From an uncultured Cytophagaceae bacterium (lineage in GTDB: Bacteria > Bacteroidota > Bacteroidia > Cytophagales > Spirosomataceae), in the NCBI GenBank assembly GCA_903837305.1, contig CAILUB010000002.1, positions 1-38,879 of the forward strand: a stretch of 38,879 nt of DNA, in the 5' to 3' direction. Each line of letters begins with the position of its first letter. Positions within the stretch are counted from its first letter, which is position 1. The translations under genes and the position numbers were made by a program. Shown in pieces: positions 36,529 to 38,879 of this stretch. The notes under the pieces are model-generated. The model was given only the letters and a program-made list of their open reading frames with translations. It did not search any database and was not told the origin of the DNA.

Positions 36529-36894
36529 TTATTCAATTACTACGATCTTTAAGTCTTTAATGGGCTTATTCTGAAAAGTCTTTCGTTGCATGATCTGTTT
36601 CAATTCCTTTTCCAGTTTTAAGATAATAGAAGTTATTTCAGTTTCATATTTCTTCACTCTGATAAGGTCGGTAGCTTTGACGCCCAAAATATTTCTTAGC
36701 TTCGGATCGTTCAAAGGTATAGACTCCCTGGCCATTGGCTTGGTAATGACTGTTTCACCTGTAGCATATGTTATAGCCACTAAAATGACGCCTATAATGT
36801 AAAAGGTGTGTTTGTTTAAAAAAATACCACTTAAGGTCTTTTCCCTTTCGTAGTCTACTTTGATTATTAAATTTTTGCGGATTTTGTCTTTCAT
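36529..36894 (-). CDS. Hypothetical protein
   Basis: 121 aa, TAATATG-coupled to terS. Confidence 0.6.
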   Translation of the reverse strand: MKDKIRKNLIIKVDYEREKTLSGIFLNKHTFYIIGVILVAITYATGETVITKPMARESIPLNDPKLRNILGVKATDLIRVKKYETEITSIILKLEKELKQIMQRKTFQNKPIKDLKIVVIE

Positions 36895-37082
36895 ACGACA
36901 ATAAAGCGATTTAAGTCGCTTCTTCAGTATTGAAGAAACTAGCTATATTTCTCCAATGATTATTTAATTGGTTATTTAATGCTCAAAACATAGGGTAAGA
37001 CACCTATGTTGAGCTTGTTGATACAATGTCCCTAACGAACATTCTTTCACTTTTATTACTTTCTAATTTAATTATAACATAT

Positions 37083-37289
37083 CTATTCATCCCTGCTAAA
37101 AAGCCATTCCATACCGTCTTCAAAGTGCTTAAGTCTTAATTTATAATGTTTATATATTGGCTTACATTCGGATAAAAGTCTTATTTGATACCTTGCTTGG
37201 CTGTAAGACAAACCTAAAATCAACGCTATTTGTTTTGTGTTTTTTCCTTTTATTAAAAGTTTTTCAATCCTCCTGTGTATAAGTATCAT
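37083..37289 (-). CDS. Small HTH DNA-binding protein
   Basis: GKNTKQIALILGLSYSQARYQI. Confidence 0.65.
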   Translation of the reverse strand: MILIHRRIEKLLIKGKNTKQIALILGLSYSQARYQIRLLSECKPIYKHYKLRLKHFEDGMEWLFSRDE

Positions 37290-37345
37290 ATATAAATTAT
37301 TTGTCTTTTGGGAGGGGGGCAGAGTTTTTAGGCTCTGCCCTGGGT

Positions 37346-38143
37346 TTAGTTTTTGCTCATTGCGAGCAGGCTGGCAAAGTGTTGGAAGTCTTTATCTTCT
37401 CCTTTTGTTGCCATTACAAAGGCGAATTGGGACAGTTTGTTTACCAGATATTGACTTCTCTTTTCGTCGTGATGAACGATTAAGATATGGTCAAATCTTC
37501 TTAGGAGGTTCGTTTGGGCGGAAGTTAGATTGCCGACTGTCAGTGATATGCAAACAGGAAAGAAAGAATGATGTCTGGCTGCGTTTATCGGGTCTTCAAA
37601 TAATACTGCTACATTTCCTTTTGTGTCTACATTGTTAAGATTGTAAAGGTGGTCGTGCTTGTACTGTGAGTAATAGAAATATTCCTTTTTTTTCGGGTCG
37701 TAGATACAGTAGCCGACAGGCGTTCCGTCAATACTTCTAATCCTGAAAGCTATCTTACCAGCACTTTTACCCTTATGCTCAACGACTTTCCCGATTTCTA
37801 ATTGTTTGGCAACTTCTTCGGTGATGCCAAGTTCTTCAAGTTCCTTGCAGTAAGCAAGTTTGTAGGTTGGTAATGGTCTTTGCGGTTTGGGTTGTTCGCT
37901 TAAAAACGTTTTCTTGATCCAAGATGCTGCGTCTCTGGGTGTCATTCCCTTTTTATTAACAAGGAAGTTAATCACATTGCCGTAGTCTTTCCCTGTGGGG
38001 TTAGTGTAGCGGTTTTTAGAGGTTACTATAAAGCCATCGCCTTTTAATTCTCCATTTGCCTGAGTGAACGGAATGTTAAGAATATTTAAAAGGTCTTCAA
38101 ACTTTACTGCTTCCGCTATCGCCTTAAAGTCTAGAAATTCCAT
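37346..38143 (-). CDS. Degenerate DnaG-like primase protein
   Basis: GNVINFL..GMTPRDAASWI, KIAFRIRSIDGTPVGY, HLYNLN, VLFED (TOPRIM-like). Confidence 0.65.
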   Translation of the reverse strand: MEFLDFKAIAEAVKFEDLLNILNIPFTQANGELKGDGFIVTSKNRYTNPTGKDYGNVINFLVNKKGMTPRDAASWIKKTFLSEQPKPQRPLPTYKLAYCKELEELGITEEVAKQLEIGKVVEHKGKSAGKIAFRIRSIDGTPVGYCIYDPKKKEYFYYSQYKHDHLYNLNNVDTKGNVAVLFEDPINAARHHSFFPVCISLTVGNLTSAQTNLLRRFDHILIVHHDEKRSQYLVNKLSQFAFVMATKGEDKDFQHFASLLAMSKN

Positions 38144-38152
38144 TGTTTCCCC

Positions 38153-38317
38153 CTAAAGAATGATTGTGCCAAAGATTGTTTCAGTCTTGCCGTTGTTGTA
38201 TTTGTCAAGAATTTCAGTCCAAGAAAGATCTGCGGCACTGTTTAACTTGATATGCGGTCTTGGCTTTACCGATACGGTGTCTTTAGTTTTGTTCTTTTTC
38301 TTCCGTTTTTTTGACAT
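38153..38317 (-). CDS. Small basic protein, 54 aa (not in ORF track)
   Basis: MSKKRKKKNKTK...; SD AGGAGG. Confidence 0.6.
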   Translation of the reverse strand: MSKKRKKKNKTKDTVSVKPRPHIKLNSAADLSWTEILDKYNNGKTETIFGTIIL

Positions 38318-38325
38318 AATCCCTC

Positions 38326-38484
38326 CTAGAGTGATTTTCTGATATTGCGTGGATACTGAAAATTCTCATCTACAAAGATGAAGTCTCCACATTCGCAGAT
38401 AAACACATAGCCAGAGCCGAAAGTCGTGTACCATTTGACCTTGCGTTTACAGCTTCCGCATTCAACTGTTTTTCCGTTTTCCAT
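38326..38484 (-). CDS. Small Zn-ribbon protein, 52 aa (not in ORF track)
   Basis: VECGSCKRKVKW..FICECGD; SD AGGAGG. Confidence 0.7.
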   Translation of the reverse strand: MENGKTVECGSCKRKVKWYTTFGSGYVFICECGDFIFVDENFQYPRNIRKSL

Positions 38485-38732
38485 CACTCCCTCCTTTTAA
38501 ATCCGTCCACACTATGAAATTCGTTTAAACAGTCAGGGCATTTTCCGTTAAAAAAGGTGAGCATATTGAGGGTTTTGTCGGTAGCAAACCAGCTTGTATG
38601 TCCGCAATCGGGACAAACGATAAGGAAATTGTATTGTGCTTTTTCTTTACAAATAGAGCAGATATAGATACGCTGTTTGCCGACAAACATTTCTCCTTGA
38701 TACAGAACTCCACAAAGTCCGCACGCGTCCAT
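38484..38732 (-). CDS. Cys-rich double Zn-ribbon protein
   Basis: Four CxxC pairs; SD AGGAGGT before the ATG at 38732. Confidence 0.7.
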   Translation of the reverse strand: MDACGLCGVLYQGEMFVGKQRIYICSICKEKAQYNFLIVCPDCGHTSWFATDKTLNMLTFFNGKCPDCLNEFHSVDGFKRRE

Positions 38733-38879
38733 AATCACCTCCTAAATTATTATTTGAATGTGCTTTTAATGAAGGATCAATAGGCTCATAAATTCCAGAA
38801 GTATCATTGTACTCAAAATCAGAAATAACTGAAATTGCACTAATCAATCTGAAATGTGTTGCACCAGCAGGAGCATTTA

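Noticed and set aside
564-38783. Numerous 60-160 aa + strand ORFs opposite long - strand genes
   Set aside because: Antisense shadows of well-supported genes, with no motifs or start signals.
1-38879. Stop-codon reassignment (code 25 or 15)
   Set aside because: Long genes are intact in code 11, and TGA and TAG end genes at sensible coupled junctions such as 27429, 34775 and 26679.

Overview
This 38.9 kb window is almost entirely a temperate siphovirus-type phage genome in genetic code 11, with nearly all genes on the - strand. It carries a full HK97-type morphogenesis block (terminases, portal-gpF fusion, protease, capsid, neck, tail tube, frameshifted tail chaperone, short tape measure, tail tip), a glycosyltransferase/methyltransferase trio between capsid and neck genes, an M23 endolysin with holins, a DNA methyltransferase, and recombination genes. 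An integrase/excisionase pair sits beside an intact attP whose core is the 3' half of a tRNA-Leu(UAA). The most unusual content is a conjugative-mobilisation-like module: a VirD4/TraD-like ATPase, two accessory proteins and a Replic_Relax (MOBC-like) relaxase, with a second relaxase-like gene elsewhere. Beside it are a candidate oriT and a 140-nt hairpin that rebuilds a -35/-10 promoter when the + strand is single-stranded. Genes fall into two translation-initiation styles: strong Shine-Dalgarno (integration and replication genes) versus SD-less, coupled starts (virion genes). My working hypothesis, which is inference, is a phage that can also move as ssDNA through a type IV secretion channel, possibly between two different hosts. 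All family calls come from motif recognition only; no searches were run.
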